From: Candidatus Campbellbacteria bacterium
GTDB taxonomy: Bacteria; Patescibacteriota; Minisyncoccia; Phycocordibacterales; EsbW-18
Direction of reading: 5' to 3'
NCBI GenBank assembly: GCA_016699465.1
Contig: CP064977.1
Location: 10,096-74,095 of the forward strand
Length of the DNA: 64,000 nucleotides
The translations under genes were made by a program, and so were the position numbers. Each line of letters opens with the position of its first letter. The stretch's first letter is position 1. A model generated the notes under the pieces. The model was not told where the DNA came from, ran no database searches, and saw nothing but the letters and a program-made list of their open reading frames with translations. Below, piece by piece: positions 1 through 9,393 of this stretch.

Positions 1-2391
1 ACTGAAATGAAGGAGTCCTTTTTGGACTACGCGATGTCGGTTATTACTGCTCGCGCACTTCCTGATGTGCGTGATGGTTTGAAGCCTGTGCACCGTCGTA
101 TTTTGTATGCGATGTACAGTATGAATTTGACGGCAACGTCAAAGGCTCGTAAATCGGCACTCGTTGTCGGTGAAGTATTGGGTAAATACCATCCACATGG
201 TGATGCGTCTGTGTACGATGCAATGGTTGGTATGGCACAAACATTTTCATATCGATATCCGCTAGTTATCGGTCAAGGAAACTTCGGTTCAATAGATGGC
301 GATCCTCCAGCTGCAATGCGTTATACCGAGGCACGTATGTCTCGCGTGGCTGCTGAGCTCATGCAGGATCTTGAAAAAGATACAGTTGATTGGCGTCCAA
401 ACTATGATGGTACGCGTAAAGAGCCAACTGTGTTTCCGGCATCTGTCCCAGGTATTTTACTCAACGGAACATTGGGTATTGCGGTTGGTATGGCAACAAA
501 TATTCCTCCACACAATCTTCGTGAAGTGGTACATGCGACGGTGCATCTTGCTGATAATCCCGAAGCAACAAACGACGATCTCCTTTCGTTTGTGAAGGGC
601 CCCGACTTTCCAACAGGTGGTGTTATTTTTGGTGAAAAAGATATAAAACACGCATATACCAGTGGTAAGGGTGGTATTGTCACGCGCGGCGAGGCAGAAA
701 TTGTTGAAGGAAAGAAGGGACAATTTTACATTGTTATTACCTCAATCCCATTCCGTGTGAACAAGGCAGATCTCATTATGAAGGTGGCAGATCTTGTTCG
801 TGAAAAAAAGATTGATGGCATCAGGGACATTCGTGATGAATCAACAAAAGATATTCGGGTTGTTGTTGAGCTCAAAACGGGAGCACACCCGCAAAAGATT
901 CTCAACTTCCTCTACAAACACACACAATTGGAGGAAACGTTCCACATCAACACGGTGTGTCTCGTTGACGGTGTTCCACAAACACTCTCGTTAAAGAGTA
1001 TTTTGCAGGAGTTTATTAAACACCGCCTTATTGTGGTTCGCCGACGAACGCAATTTGATCTTTCTGTTGCTCAAGCCCGTGAACACATTCTTTTGGGTCT
1101 TTCAAAAGCACTTGATCATATTGATGAGGTGATTGCGGTGATTAAAAAATCAAAGGATGCCGCAGATGCAAAAGAGTCTCTCAAGAAAAAATTTGGATTT
1201 TCAGAGTTGCAAGCGATTGCGATATTAGACATGAAGTTGCAGAAGCTTGCAGGTCTTGAACGCAAGAAAATTGAGGACGAACTTGCTGAAATTCAGAAAC
1301 TTATTACGGAACTCACGGCGCTCCTCAAGAGTGAGAAGAAGATGCGCGAGGTTATTAAAGAAGAGCTTACTGCCATTGAACAGAAGTATGGTGATGATCG
1401 AAAGACAAAAGTGGTTCGAGGTGGTGTTGAAAATCTTTCAGTCGAAGATCTTATTCCAAATGAAGAAAATGTCGTGGTGTTTACTGCTGGTGGATACATT
1501 AAGCGTACAAATCCAACTGAGTACAAAGCCCAGAAGCGTGGAGGTGTGGGTGTGATTGATTTGAATACAAAAGAAGAGGACTTTGTTACGATGCTCGTTG
1601 GTGCAAGTACTCATGACGACCTCCTGTTCTTTACGGATAAAGGTAAGGTATACCAACTTAAAATGTATGAACTTCCTGAAGGAAAACGTGCAACAAAAGG
1701 GAAGTCGGTTATGAACTTTCTACAACTTTCAGATGGAGAGCGTGTGACATCTATTTTGCCACTTTCAAAAGTTTCAAAGGAATCAAAGGGTGCCGTTATG
1801 ATGGTGACACGTCGTGGTGTCGCGAAGAAAGTCGCAGTTGCTAATTTCCACGATGTTCGCCGAAGTGGTATTATCGCAATTTCACTTGATGCAAGTGATG
1901 AACTTATTGCAGCAGTGCTTGTTTCTCCCGGTGACGAGACGCTTCTTGTGTCACAAAGCGGTCAATCAATTCGCTTTAAAGAATCAGATATACGAGCAAT
2001 GGGACGAACTGCGGGTGGCGTTCGGGCGATGCGTTTATCTGCAAAAGATAGCATTGTTGGGACGAGTGTATTGAGTAAAGTAGATGAACAGTCGGCGCTT
2101 CTCATTCTTCTTTCAAATGGATACGGAAAACGAACTGCGGTTGATGAATATAAGGTACAAAAAAGAGGTGGTGGTGGTGTGAAAACGGCAAATGTCACAG
2201 CAAAAACAGGACGAGTTATGGCGTCACAAATTGTTTCGTCAGAAGAAGGTGAGCTAGTGGTTATTTCTCAAAAAGGACAAGTCATCCGCGTTGCGCTCTC
2301 TGAAATATCTCTCCTTGGTCGTGTGACACAAGGTGTTCGTATTATGAAACTTCGCGAAGGTGATTCCATTGCATCATTTGTGTGCCTCTAA
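1..2391 (+). CDS. gyrA: DNA gyrase subunit A, 5'-partial. The reading frame is open from base 1, so the N-terminus lies upstream of the window.
   Basis: Translation contains [24 protein letters not shown] and GKYHPHGD, both GyrA N-terminal signatures. The C-terminal beta-pinwheel repeats are present. Confidence 0.95.
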   Translation, partial: TEMKESFLDYAMSVITARALPDVRDGLKPVHRRILYAMYSMNLTATSKARKSALVVGEVLGKYHPHGDASVYDAMVGMAQTFSYRYPLVIGQGNFGSIDGDPPAAMRYTEARMSRVAAELMQDLEKDTVDWRPNYDGTRKEPTVFPASVPGILLNGTLGIAVGMATNIPPHNLREVVHATVHLADNPEATNDDLLSFVKGPDFPTGGVIFGEKDIKHAYTSGKGGIVTRGEAEIVEGKKGQFYIVITSIPFRVNKADLIMKVADLVREKKIDGIRDIRDESTKDIRVVVELKTGAHPQKILNFLYKHTQLEETFHINTVCLVDGVPQTLSLKSILQEFIKHRLIVVRRRTQFDLSVAQAREHILLGLSKALDHIDEVIAVIKKSKDAADAKESLKKKFGFSELQAIAILDMKLQKLAGLERKKIEDELAEIQKLITELTALLKSEKKMREVIKEELTAIEQKYGDDRKTKVVRGGVENLSVEDLIPNEENVVVFTAGGYIKRTNPTEYKAQKRGGVGVIDLNTKEEDFVTMLVGASTHDDLLFFTDKGKVYQLKMYELPEGKRATKGKSVMNFLQLSDGERVTSILPLSKVSKESKGAVMMVTRRGVAKKVAVANFHDVRRSGIIAISLDASDELIAAVLVSPGDETLLVSQSGQSIRFKESDIRAMGRTAGGVRAMRLSAKDSIVGTSVLSKVDEQSALLILLSNGYGKRTAVDEYKVQKRGGGGVKTANVTAKTGRVMASQIVSSEEGELVVISQKGQVIRVALSEISLLGRVTQGVRIMKLREGDSIASFVCL

Positions 2392-2396
2392 GGTGG

Positions 2397-2507
2397 AGAT
2401 TAGATATTAGATATTAGAGATTAGATTTTTGAAAAAGGTATACTATACTTCTAGTATCTAGTATCTAGTATCTAGTATCTAGTATCTAGTATCTAGTATC
2501 TAGTATC
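2397..2507. repeat. Two adjacent intergenic microsatellites: about four copies of a tagatat-like 7-mer, then seven copies of the 8-mer tctagtat.
   Basis: Read directly at 2397-2426 (gattagatattagatattagagattagatt) and 2449-2507 (tctagtat x7), between the gyrA stop and the next ATG. Confidence 0.85.
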
Positions 2508-2515
2508 AACTTTTC

Positions 2516-3055
2516 ATGTTTGCACGTCCTGAAAAAATTATTGAACAGTTTCAACTAGGAGAAGGGATGCATGTTGCAGATCTCGGTGTTGGTTCGGGTG
2601 TGTACACTTTTGCTGCGGCTCGCGATGTTGGAAAAGATGGTGTTGTGTATGCATGTGATCTTCAGAAAGAGCTTGTACAGAAGGTGCATGCGGAAGCTCG
2701 TCACGCTGGTTTTTCAAATGTGCACACAATGTGGGTGGATCTTGAAGAAGAACGTGGTACGACGCTTGCTGATGCATCGGTGCACGCAGTGATAGTAAGT
2801 ACTATACTTTTTCAAATTGAACACAAAGAGCGTTTTTTGAAGGAGGTATTTCGTATCACGCGCCCTGGAGGAAAAATACTTATTGTTGATTGGAATGATT
2901 CGTATGGGGGTATTGGTCCACATGCGGCACACATATTGAAGCGTCATACAGCACAGACACTAGCTGAGAGTGCTGGCTTTGTTTTTGAAAAGGATATTGA
3001 TGCAGGTTCACACCATTACGGGATGATTTTGAGAAAACCGAAGGATGCAGCATGA
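2516..3055 (+). CDS. Class I SAM-dependent methyltransferase
   Basis: Motif I-like VADLGVGSGVYT, followed by an acidic residue after beta2 (YACDLQ). Size is typical at 179 aa. Confidence 0.7.
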   Translation: MFARPEKIIEQFQLGEGMHVADLGVGSGVYTFAAARDVGKDGVVYACDLQKELVQKVHAEARHAGFSNVHTMWVDLEEERGTTLADASVHAVIVSTILFQIEHKERFLKEVFRITRPGGKILIVDWNDSYGGIGPHAAHILKRHTAQTLAESAGFVFEKDIDAGSHHYGMILRKPKDAA

Positions 3056-3171
3056 AGCGTGTAACACGAAACATGTAACATGTGGCAAGATACCAAATCG
3101 AACAAGCTAAACCAAACCAAAACTAAAACTAATCACTAACTCCCAACTTCTAACCCCTAACTCCCATTACC

Positions 3172-4467
3172 ATGAAATCCTTTCCAACAATTATTCTCGG
3201 TATTTTCGGTTTCTTTATTGTTGCTGGTGTTATCGCAATTGCATCATTTGGTAAATTTGGTTCCTCGGGTTCAGGGGGTGTTGCGGCAAAGGCGGTGCTC
3301 TGGGGTACGCTTGATTCGGCCATGGTTGAAAAATCTATACAGCTTTTTAATGAAAAAAATGACAACATTCTTGAAGTTACGTACGTACAATTTTCTGAAA
3401 CAGAGTTTGATTCAAAACTTACAGAAGCACTGGCAGAAAATCGTGGTCCTGATGCCATTATCCTTACCCAAGAACGATTGTTGAGACACGAGAAAAAACT
3501 CTACCCAATTCCTTTTCAGAATGTTCCCGAACGTACGTTCCGTGATACCTTTGTTGAAGGGTCTGAATTATATATTGGCTCGACGGGGATCTACGCTCTT
3601 CCGCTGGTAATTGATCCAATGGTACTTTATTGGAACAGGACACTCTTTAATGCTGCTGGCATTGCGACTCCACCAACGCAGTGGGAGGATGTGATGGCGC
3701 TCGTGCCAAAATTAACAAAGGTGGATGCGTCACGTAATGTGCTTCAAAGTACGATTGCTCTTGGTGAGTATCAAAATATTTCCCACGCAAAAGAAATTCT
3801 TGCGCTTTTGATGATGCAGGCAGGCAATCCTATTACCATTCGTACACAAAATGGTTTTATGAGTAGTATTAGTGATCGGCTCGGTCTTCCTGAGGTTCCT
3901 GCAGATTCAGCTGTTCGTTTTTATACAGAATTTGCAAATCCGGTAAAACCATCCTATTCATGGAATCGTTCATTGGCATCATCACATGATGCGTTTGTGA
4001 GAGGAACTCTTGCCATGTACCTTGGTTTTTCAAGTGAACTTTTTGGTATACGAGAACAAAATCCAAATCTTAATTTTGATGTGACCCACATGCCACAGGT
4101 TCGTGATGCAATTCAAAAAAATACATTCGGTACTATCTATGCAATCGGTATTCTCAATCAATCGACAACAAAGGCAAATGCGTTTCAGGCGGTCTCTCTC
4201 TTGACGGGTGCAACTATGGCTCCGTTTTGGGTTGATGAGCTTGGGCTTCCGCCAGCACGACGTGATGCTTTATCACAGGTGCCTACGGATCCATATAAAG
4301 CTGTGTTTTATAGAGACGCACTCATTGCTCGAGGTTTTTTTGATCCAAATCCAATCCAGACAAATGCTCTCTTCGGGGCACTCATTGAAGATGTTACGTC
4401 GGGAAAGAGGTCGATAAGTGAGAGTGTGAATTTGGCAAATGGAAGAATGGAGCTGTTGTTGAAATAA
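3172..4467 (+). CDS. Membrane-anchored extracellular solute-binding-like protein (MalE-like fold) with no adjacent permease
   Basis: N-terminal TM helix, then a periplasmic domain with SBP-like segments (ILEVTYVQF, LAMYLGFSSE). Assignment is by overall resemblance only. Confidence 0.4.
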   Translation: MKSFPTIILGIFGFFIVAGVIAIASFGKFGSSGSGGVAAKAVLWGTLDSAMVEKSIQLFNEKNDNILEVTYVQFSETEFDSKLTEALAENRGPDAIILTQERLLRHEKKLYPIPFQNVPERTFRDTFVEGSELYIGSTGIYALPLVIDPMVLYWNRTLFNAAGIATPPTQWEDVMALVPKLTKVDASRNVLQSTIALGEYQNISHAKEILALLMMQAGNPITIRTQNGFMSSISDRLGLPEVPADSAVRFYTEFANPVKPSYSWNRSLASSHDAFVRGTLAMYLGFSSELFGIREQNPNLNFDVTHMPQVRDAIQKNTFGTIYAIGILNQSTTKANAFQAVSLLTGATMAPFWVDELGLPPARRDALSQVPTDPYKAVFYRDALIARGFFDPNPIQTNALFGALIEDVTSGKRSISESVNLANGRMELLLK

Positions 4468-4548
4468 GGGTGAAATAGCAAATGGCAAAAAGAAACAGGG
4501 AATATTGGGTGGGGATAACTTTTTTTAAAAAAACCGTACAATAGAAGT

Positions 4549-4974
4549 ATGACACAGGAACAGAAACGAAATATGGTTGCACTCATGCTCTCTCTTGTGG
4601 TTGTACTCGTGCCTATATGTGTGTTTGCTGTTGATCCAGGCGGGCTTGTTCCATGTGAGGGTGCAACGTGTACGTTTAATGACCTTGTTCTTCTCGTAAA
4701 CAGAATTATTAATTTTCTTTTATATATCGTTGCATTTCCCGTTTCAGCAGGACTTTTCGCATGGGCGGGTATTTTGTACCTAACGGCTGCAGGTGATCAG
4801 GGTAAAATAAAGAAGGCGCACGATATATTTCAAAATGTCTTTTGGGGGCTTATACTGGCATTAGCAGGATTTTTAATTGTTAATTTCGTTACAATGACAC
4901 TTACGGGTACAGGATGGGCAGCAAATCCTTTTGCAGATCCAGTTCCAGCCGGAGTAAGTGGTGGAGCGCATTAA
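4549..4974 (+). CDS. VirB2/TrbC-like pilin family small membrane protein (CPR-type T4SS pilin-like), paralog 1 of 6
   Basis: Signal/TM segment, a second hydrophobic helix, and the shared motif FxWxGIxYxxAAGDxxKxKKxxxxxxxxxxGLILALxxF. Confidence 0.45.
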   Translation: MTQEQKRNMVALMLSLVVVLVPICVFAVDPGGLVPCEGATCTFNDLVLLVNRIINFLLYIVAFPVSAGLFAWAGILYLTAAGDQGKIKKAHDIFQNVFWGLILALAGFLIVNFVTMTLTGTGWAANPFADPVPAGVSGGAH

Positions 4975-4985
4975 ATCAATACCAC

Positions 4986-5405
4986 ATGAAAATATTTTTG
5001 AAAAAAAATAAAAAGATACTCGGGGCATTTTGTGCGTTATTTGTTTTAGTGCTTCCAGTTCTTCTTTTTGCAAATAGCGCTGGGACAGGGGCTACTATCA
5101 TAAACCCTCTTGCTCAACAGAATATAAACGACATTCCAACACTCATAACCGTTATTGTTGATGCAATGAAAAATATTGGGTACTTTGTTATCGTGTTCTT
5201 CATTATTTACTCTGGATTTTCTTTTGTGAAAGCACGCGGTGATGAAAAAGCTGTTACTGACGCAAAGAATATGCTCTTGTGGACAGTTGTTGGTGCGGCA
5301 GTTCTTCTTGGGGCACAAATTCTTTCAGATGTTATTAAAAATACTGTTACCCAAGTTGGTCAGACACGCAATGACGTGCCTATAACCCAACATGACACTG
5401 TATAA
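4986..5405 (+). CDS. VirB2/TrbC-like pilin family small membrane protein, paralog 2
   Basis: Internal ATG at 4986 (MKIFLKKNKK) gives signal peptide plus two hydrophobic helices and the motif GFSFVKARGDEKAVTDAKNML. The longer ORF start would overlap paralog 1. Confidence 0.45.
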   Translation: MKIFLKKNKKILGAFCALFVLVLPVLLFANSAGTGATIINPLAQQNINDIPTLITVIVDAMKNIGYFVIVFFIIYSGFSFVKARGDEKAVTDAKNMLLWTVVGAAVLLGAQILSDVIKNTVTQVGQTRNDVPITQHDTV

Positions 5406-5409
5406 ACCT

Positions 5410-5709
5410 ATGAAAAAAACACTACTATTTGTGTCGTTTTTGTCTGTACCTCTCGTTTCTTTTGCGCAGGCAACTGATTTGGCAAGTTTAATTGGTATCT
5501 TTATCGGACTTTTGAATCCGATCATCAGCTTGCTCACAGGACTCGCGGTGTTATTCTTTGTATGGGGTATTGTGAAGTATATTTATTATGCGGGAGACGA
5601 AAAGGCAAAGAAAAGCGGAAAGGACATTATGGGATATGGGATTCTTGCGCTGTTTGTTCTCTTTTCGTTTTGGGGACTTGTCCAGTTGCTTCATAATTCA
5701 ATATTTTAG
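5410..5709 (+). CDS. VirB2/TrbC-like pilin family small membrane protein, paralog 3
   Basis: Start at MKKTLLF. Motif FFVWGIVKYIYYAGDEKAKKSGKDIMGYGILALFVLF. Confidence 0.5.
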   Translation: MKKTLLFVSFLSVPLVSFAQATDLASLIGIFIGLLNPIISLLTGLAVLFFVWGIVKYIYYAGDEKAKKSGKDIMGYGILALFVLFSFWGLVQLLHNSIF

Positions 5710-5725
5710 TAATTTAATTTTACGT

Positions 5726-6148
5726 ATGCAAAAATATATTCCAATTAGTATTATTTTCTTATTTGCGCCTTTATTTGTGTTTGCCGCATCAATTACCTCC
5801 GTTATAGAGTTGTTTAGAGGGTGGATTAGTATACTTATTCCAATACTTGCGTCACTAGCGCTTCTTGTGTTTATGTGGGGTATTGTGAAGTACATTATGA
5901 GCGCTGGGGATGAAGATAAGGCAAAGGAGGGAAAGAGTATTATGATTTATGGGGTTATTGCGCTTTTTGTGATGTTTTCGGTTGCTGGTCTCATTGCGTT
6001 TATTGGAGAATCTTTTCAGATTGATCGAGGGGGTCCTATGACACCACCTGTGGTTGGAGGTTTGAGTGGCGGAAGTACTGGAGGTGGAAATACGGGCGGA
6101 AGTACAATCCCACCGAGAGGTGCTGGTGATATAGAGTATTTACCGTAG
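5726..6148 (+). CDS. VirB2/TrbC-like pilin family small membrane protein, paralog 4, with a Gly-rich C-terminal tail
   Basis: In-frame ATG at 5726 (MQKYIPIS). Motif VFMWGIVKYIMSAGDEDKAKEGKSIMIYGVIALFVMF. Tail GGLSGGSTGGGNTGGS. Confidence 0.5.
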   Translation: MQKYIPISIIFLFAPLFVFAASITSVIELFRGWISILIPILASLALLVFMWGIVKYIMSAGDEDKAKEGKSIMIYGVIALFVMFSVAGLIAFIGESFQIDRGGPMTPPVVGGLSGGSTGGGNTGGSTIPPRGAGDIEYLP

Positions 6149-6219
6149 TTTATTTTGAGTCATTGATGATATTATTAATACGTTAGTAGAGTTATTTAAA
6201 AAGTAAAATAAAACATAGT

Positions 6220-6567
6220 ATGAAAAAACTAGTACAAGGTATCGTTGTTGCATCGGCATTCGCACCATTGTTTGCGTTTGCACAATTTGGAGGCATCTCA
6301 AATATGCTTTCAGCTATCGGACGATTAATTTCAACAGCAACACCTATCGTTATTGGTCTTGCGCTCCTCGTGTTCTTCTGGGGATTGGTTAAGTTCATTA
6401 TATCTTCTGATGACGAAGACGCTCGAAAGAATGCAAAGGGTCTCATGATTGGTGGTATCATTGCACTCTTTGTGATGGTTGCAATCGTGGGTATTATCAA
6501 CTTCATTGCAGCACAGGTTGGTGTGACAACGGGCGGTAGCTTGCCGGTTCCTGGAGTACAAGGTTAA
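6220..6567 (+). CDS. VirB2/TrbC-like pilin family small membrane protein, paralog 5
   Basis: Motif VFFWGLVKFIISSDDEDARKNAKGLMIGGIIALFVMV. Signal peptide ends in AFAQ. Confidence 0.5.
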   Translation: MKKLVQGIVVASAFAPLFAFAQFGGISNMLSAIGRLISTATPIVIGLALLVFFWGLVKFIISSDDEDARKNAKGLMIGGIIALFVMVAIVGIINFIAAQVGVTTGGSLPVPGVQG

Positions 6568-6573
6568 TTCCGT

Positions 6574-6870
6574 ATGTCTCTTCAGGTTCTTCTTGCAAAT
6601 GGGTATCGTGTGATCCTTCAGCCGATTATTTTTCTGTTGTTTGCGGTCGCATTTGTTATATTCTTCTGGGGTATTGTTACGTCAATACGAGATTCAGAAG
6701 ATGAGAAGGAAAGAGCCAAGGGAAAACAAAGTATTCTCTGGGGAATTCTTGGAATGGTCATTATGATTTCAGTATTTGGAATTATACGGATTATTACGGG
6801 TACTATTGGTGTCGAAAATCCACCACAACCAAACGTGAATGTTGCGCCAAATGTGACAAATTCTCTATAG
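6574..6870 (+). CDS. VirB2/TrbC-like pilin family small membrane protein, paralog 6 (more divergent)
   Basis: Motif IFFWGIVTSIRDSEDEKERAKGKQSILWGILGMVIMI. Confidence 0.45.
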   Translation: MSLQVLLANGYRVILQPIIFLLFAVAFVIFFWGIVTSIRDSEDEKERAKGKQSILWGILGMVIMISVFGIIRIITGTIGVENPPQPNVNVAPNVTNSL

Positions 6871-6885
6871 AGAAATAATGTATAA

Positions 6886-6950
6886 AAAAAGGGCGCCCTT
6901 CGGGGCGCCCTTTGACGTTGGTTGTTTGTGCAACCACCAACGTCAACATC
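6886..6950. terminator. Two consecutive GC-rich hairpins forming a probable bidirectional terminator between the convergent pilin array and the SPFH cassette
   Basis: gggcgcc-cttc-ggggcgccc, then gacgttggt...accaacgtc, flanked by A and T runs. Confidence 0.55.
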
Positions 6951-6960
6951 ATGAATGGAA

Positions 6961-7563
6961 TCAGGAAGACTTTTCGAGGATCATGAAGCTGATCCATTGA
7001 TTGTCCTCCGTCTCGTCTCGGTACCGCCCGATAAGCTTCACAGACGTACCTACGGGCGTGGGCATTTCCTCCCACGTCCCACGTCCCGGAAGCTTACCAT
7101 TGTTCTTCCACGTGCCGACTTTCTCAGCGCGATTCAGCGTGTACACTTGTTCCTCACGTGCCCCTCCGTAGAAGTGAAACACGGAGAAGTTTATGAGACC
7201 GCTGTTGAAGGCGTTGAACTGGGCGGGGCAACACGTGCCTCGAATTCCAGACATGCCTCCAGTGACGTCCTCCGGCTTGCTCCAGCAGAACTGGAGCTCG
7301 ACGGGGGCGGGTGCGGTGGTCTCACGCGTCCTCTCCCTCTTTTGGATGTAGTAGTTGAACACCATCCAGAGCACAGTCAACAGCGCAGCAGAAGCAAGTA
7401 AAGAAAAAAGAAAATTCCTTACCCACTTAGAGATTGGACGTGCACTCCTTTCGGAGGATGGCGTCTCTCTCTTGGTGACCACTACTCTCCGTCTTCCGAT
7501 GAGCGCGGAGATTCCGTACAGCAAGAGGCAGACAAGGAAAAAGACAACGGCGACGTACTTCAT
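6961..7563 (-). CDS. Hypothetical membrane protein, 4-nt overlap partner of the SPFH gene (not recognisably NfeD)
   Basis: Two N-terminal TM helices. High GC content and GC-rich codon usage, unlike the rest of the window. ATGA overlap with the upstream gene. Confidence 0.5.
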   Translation of the reverse strand: MKYVAVVFFLVCLLLYGISALIGRRRVVVTKRETPSSERSARPISKWVRNFLFSLLASAALLTVLWMVFNYYIQKRERTRETTAPAPVELQFCWSKPEDVTGGMSGIRGTCCPAQFNAFNSGLINFSVFHFYGGAREEQVYTLNRAEKVGTWKNNGKLPGRGTWEEMPTPVGTSVKLIGRYRDETEDNQWISFMILEKSS

Positions 7564-8678
7564 GACGCCACCTTCTTCTCGGGAGAGATTTGAAGGGCAA
7601 CCTGCCCTCGCTGGACAAGTGTTGTTACCTTCGACTTTTCACTCGCGAGTGCTTGAGCTTCGGCGACCTGCGCTCGTACGGCGACGAGAACGTTTGGGTC
7701 ACCACCGATGTTGCGGTGCGCTTCGGACGCGAAGTTCCAGAAGGCCGCTTCACCTTCTGCCTCGAGCTTGCGAGCTTCTAGTGCGCCCTTCGCGGCTTCC
7801 ACTGCTGCCTCTGCTTGCTTCTTGGCGGCAGTAATCTTCGCGTCACCTTGGAGCTTCGCGAGTTCGTTGGCTCGGTTTGCTTCTTCGATGTCACGAAAAT
7901 CCTTAGAGAGGTCGTAGTCATGGAGATATGCCACGACCATGCTCAGGCCGTACTCTGCAAGCTGTCTGTCAGCCTGTGTCTTCATCCGGTCGATGAGGTT
8001 TTCACCTCCACCGCCGGCTGAAGACCCCTTCTTCATGCCGGTGAGCTTCTTGTAGGTCAGTTTCTCGCCATGGGCATCTTCGCTTGACGCGAAGTCCATC
8101 ACGGCGTTGGCGACGATACCGTCAACGGCACGGAGGAAGTTACCACCGTACTCAAAGACGGGCTTGTAGACGTTCGTCACCTGCAAGATGACCATCACGA
8201 CAAAGTTGACTTGTGTCTGGTCACCACCAAGCTCAACGTCGGGGACAAACGAAGGGCGCGCGATCTTCCAACGAAGCTCGCGTACACTCTTTGAGTCCTC
8301 GTAGGTAACCCAGGACTCCACGTTTTCTCCGTCACCCAACTGGTCCTTGAGCCGTGCGATTGACTTCACTTGAAACTCGTAGACCTTACGGATGGGGTAG
8401 ATTCCCACCCAGAAGAGCCCAAACGTTCGTGCGAGAAACCTTGGCTTGTACGTTAGGTCCTCGCCAATCGCCCCAGTCTCCTCGTCGACTCGACGACCTT
8501 GGATGTTGCCAAGGTACCGGACGACCTTACTACCCGCGACGACAAAACGAATCGTCCCTTCCGGAACGCTCGTAAAGAATATGTCGTTGTCGCGGAACTT
8601 CAACATGGCAAGGAGGAACAGGAGTGTTCCTCCGCCGATGCACATCAGTCCGAACCACCACGAACTCACCCACTCCAT
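7560..8678 (-). CDS. SPFH/band-7 (flotillin-like) membrane protein
   Basis: N-terminal TM, then an SPFH core, then a C-terminal Ala/Glu-rich coiled coil (AEAAVEAAKGALEARKLEAEGEAA). Confidence 0.8.
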   Translation of the reverse strand: MEWVSSWWFGLMCIGGGTLLFLLAMLKFRDNDIFFTSVPEGTIRFVVAGSKVVRYLGNIQGRRVDEETGAIGEDLTYKPRFLARTFGLFWVGIYPIRKVYEFQVKSIARLKDQLGDGENVESWVTYEDSKSVRELRWKIARPSFVPDVELGGDQTQVNFVVMVILQVTNVYKPVFEYGGNFLRAVDGIVANAVMDFASSEDAHGEKLTYKKLTGMKKGSSAGGGGENLIDRMKTQADRQLAEYGLSMVVAYLHDYDLSKDFRDIEEANRANELAKLQGDAKITAAKKQAEAAVEAAKGALEARKLEAEGEAAFWNFASEAHRNIGGDPNVLVAVRAQVAEAQALASEKSKVTTLVQRGQVALQISPEKKVAS

Positions 8679-9074
8679 ACCGTTCTCCTTTCGAGAGGGA
8701 AGTTGTTTGGTTTCCTGATATATTCAATCCCTTGCGGGACGAATTTCCAAATTCATAATGTTAAAGTACTTCTGAGATATAGTATATCATAAAGAGTCAA
8801 AAAGTCAAGTGGTGCGTATTCAAAAATACGGCTTTGTAAGGCCATATTATGATGATTTGATCACGATGATTTTATGAGATAACTCGGTCATAAAGATTTC
8901 ATGGGAGGACTCGGCTAAGCGCTCACTCGCCGCCGCCGTTCCTTGTTCCGCTTAGCCATGCTCGCGCGACACCGCCTACTGACGGCGTATCCGCGCTCGC
9001 TTTCGAGTCCTCTCTCATCAACAATCAGCATATACAAAACAACACCATTTAAACGGTGTTGTTTTGTATATGTG

Positions 9075-9156
9075 TGGGCGAGAGAGGACTCGAACCTCCA
9101 AGTCTTGCGACACTAGCTCCTAAGGCTAGCGCGTCTACCAATTTCGCCACTCGCCC
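9075..9156 (-). tRNA. tRNA-Leu(TAG), type II with long variable arm
   Basis: Reverse complement folds manually into a cloverleaf with anticodon loop CTTAGGA and a 3-bp D-stem. Confidence 0.8.
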
Positions 9157-9272
9157 GTTAAGAATAACAATACTACAAGTCATCACGAGTTACTAAGGAT
9201 TTTTACGCATTCGCGAAAAAATCCAAAGTACTCGCGATCCCGGCTCGCGGTCGCTGTGCAACAACGCTGCGC

Positions 9273-9321
9273 CTTGGACCACATATGCAAACAGCCCGCA
9301 GGGGCTGTTTGCATATGTGGT
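9273..9321. terminator. Perfect 22-bp stem hairpin (loop gcag) abutting and overlapping the CCA end of tRNA-Lys
   Basis: ggaccacatatgcaaacagccc-gcag-gggctgtttgcatatgtggtcc, read directly. Confidence 0.6.
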
Positions 9322-9393
9322 CCACCCAGTAGGAATCGGACCTACGACCGTCTCCTTAAGAGGGAGCTGCTCTACCAGCTGAGCTATGGGTGG
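9318..9393 (-). tRNA. tRNA-Lys(CTT), CCA encoded
   Basis: Acceptor CCACCCA/TGGGTGG, D-arm GCTCAGCTGGTAGAGC, anticodon loop CTCTTAA, T-loop TCCGATT. Confidence 0.8.

Noticed and set aside
44-2198. Multiple 60 to 100-aa ORFs on either strand inside gyrA (for example 44-250 minus, 402-683 minus, 1247-1555 plus)
   Set aside because: They are fully embedded in the well-supported gyrA frame, have no motifs and show low complexity. These are typical shadow ORFs.
2397-2507. Tandem repeats considered as a possible CRISPR array
   Set aside because: Units are 7 to 8 bp with no spacers and no cas genes. This is a microsatellite, not CRISPR.
6955-8021. Plus-strand ORFs 6955-7401, 7355-7834 and 7708-7917 inside the GC-rich cassette
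   Set aside because: They run antisense to the SPFH operon. High GC inflates open frames, and their translations are low-complexity Ala/Arg/Ser-rich.
8921-9010. GC-rich 46-mer element considered as a possible tRNA or SRP/tmRNA piece
   Set aside because: It does not fold into a cloverleaf. It lacks the SRP GGAA/AGGUCCGGAAGGAAGCAGC core and the tmRNA acceptor/T-arm. Kept only as an unexplained repeat.
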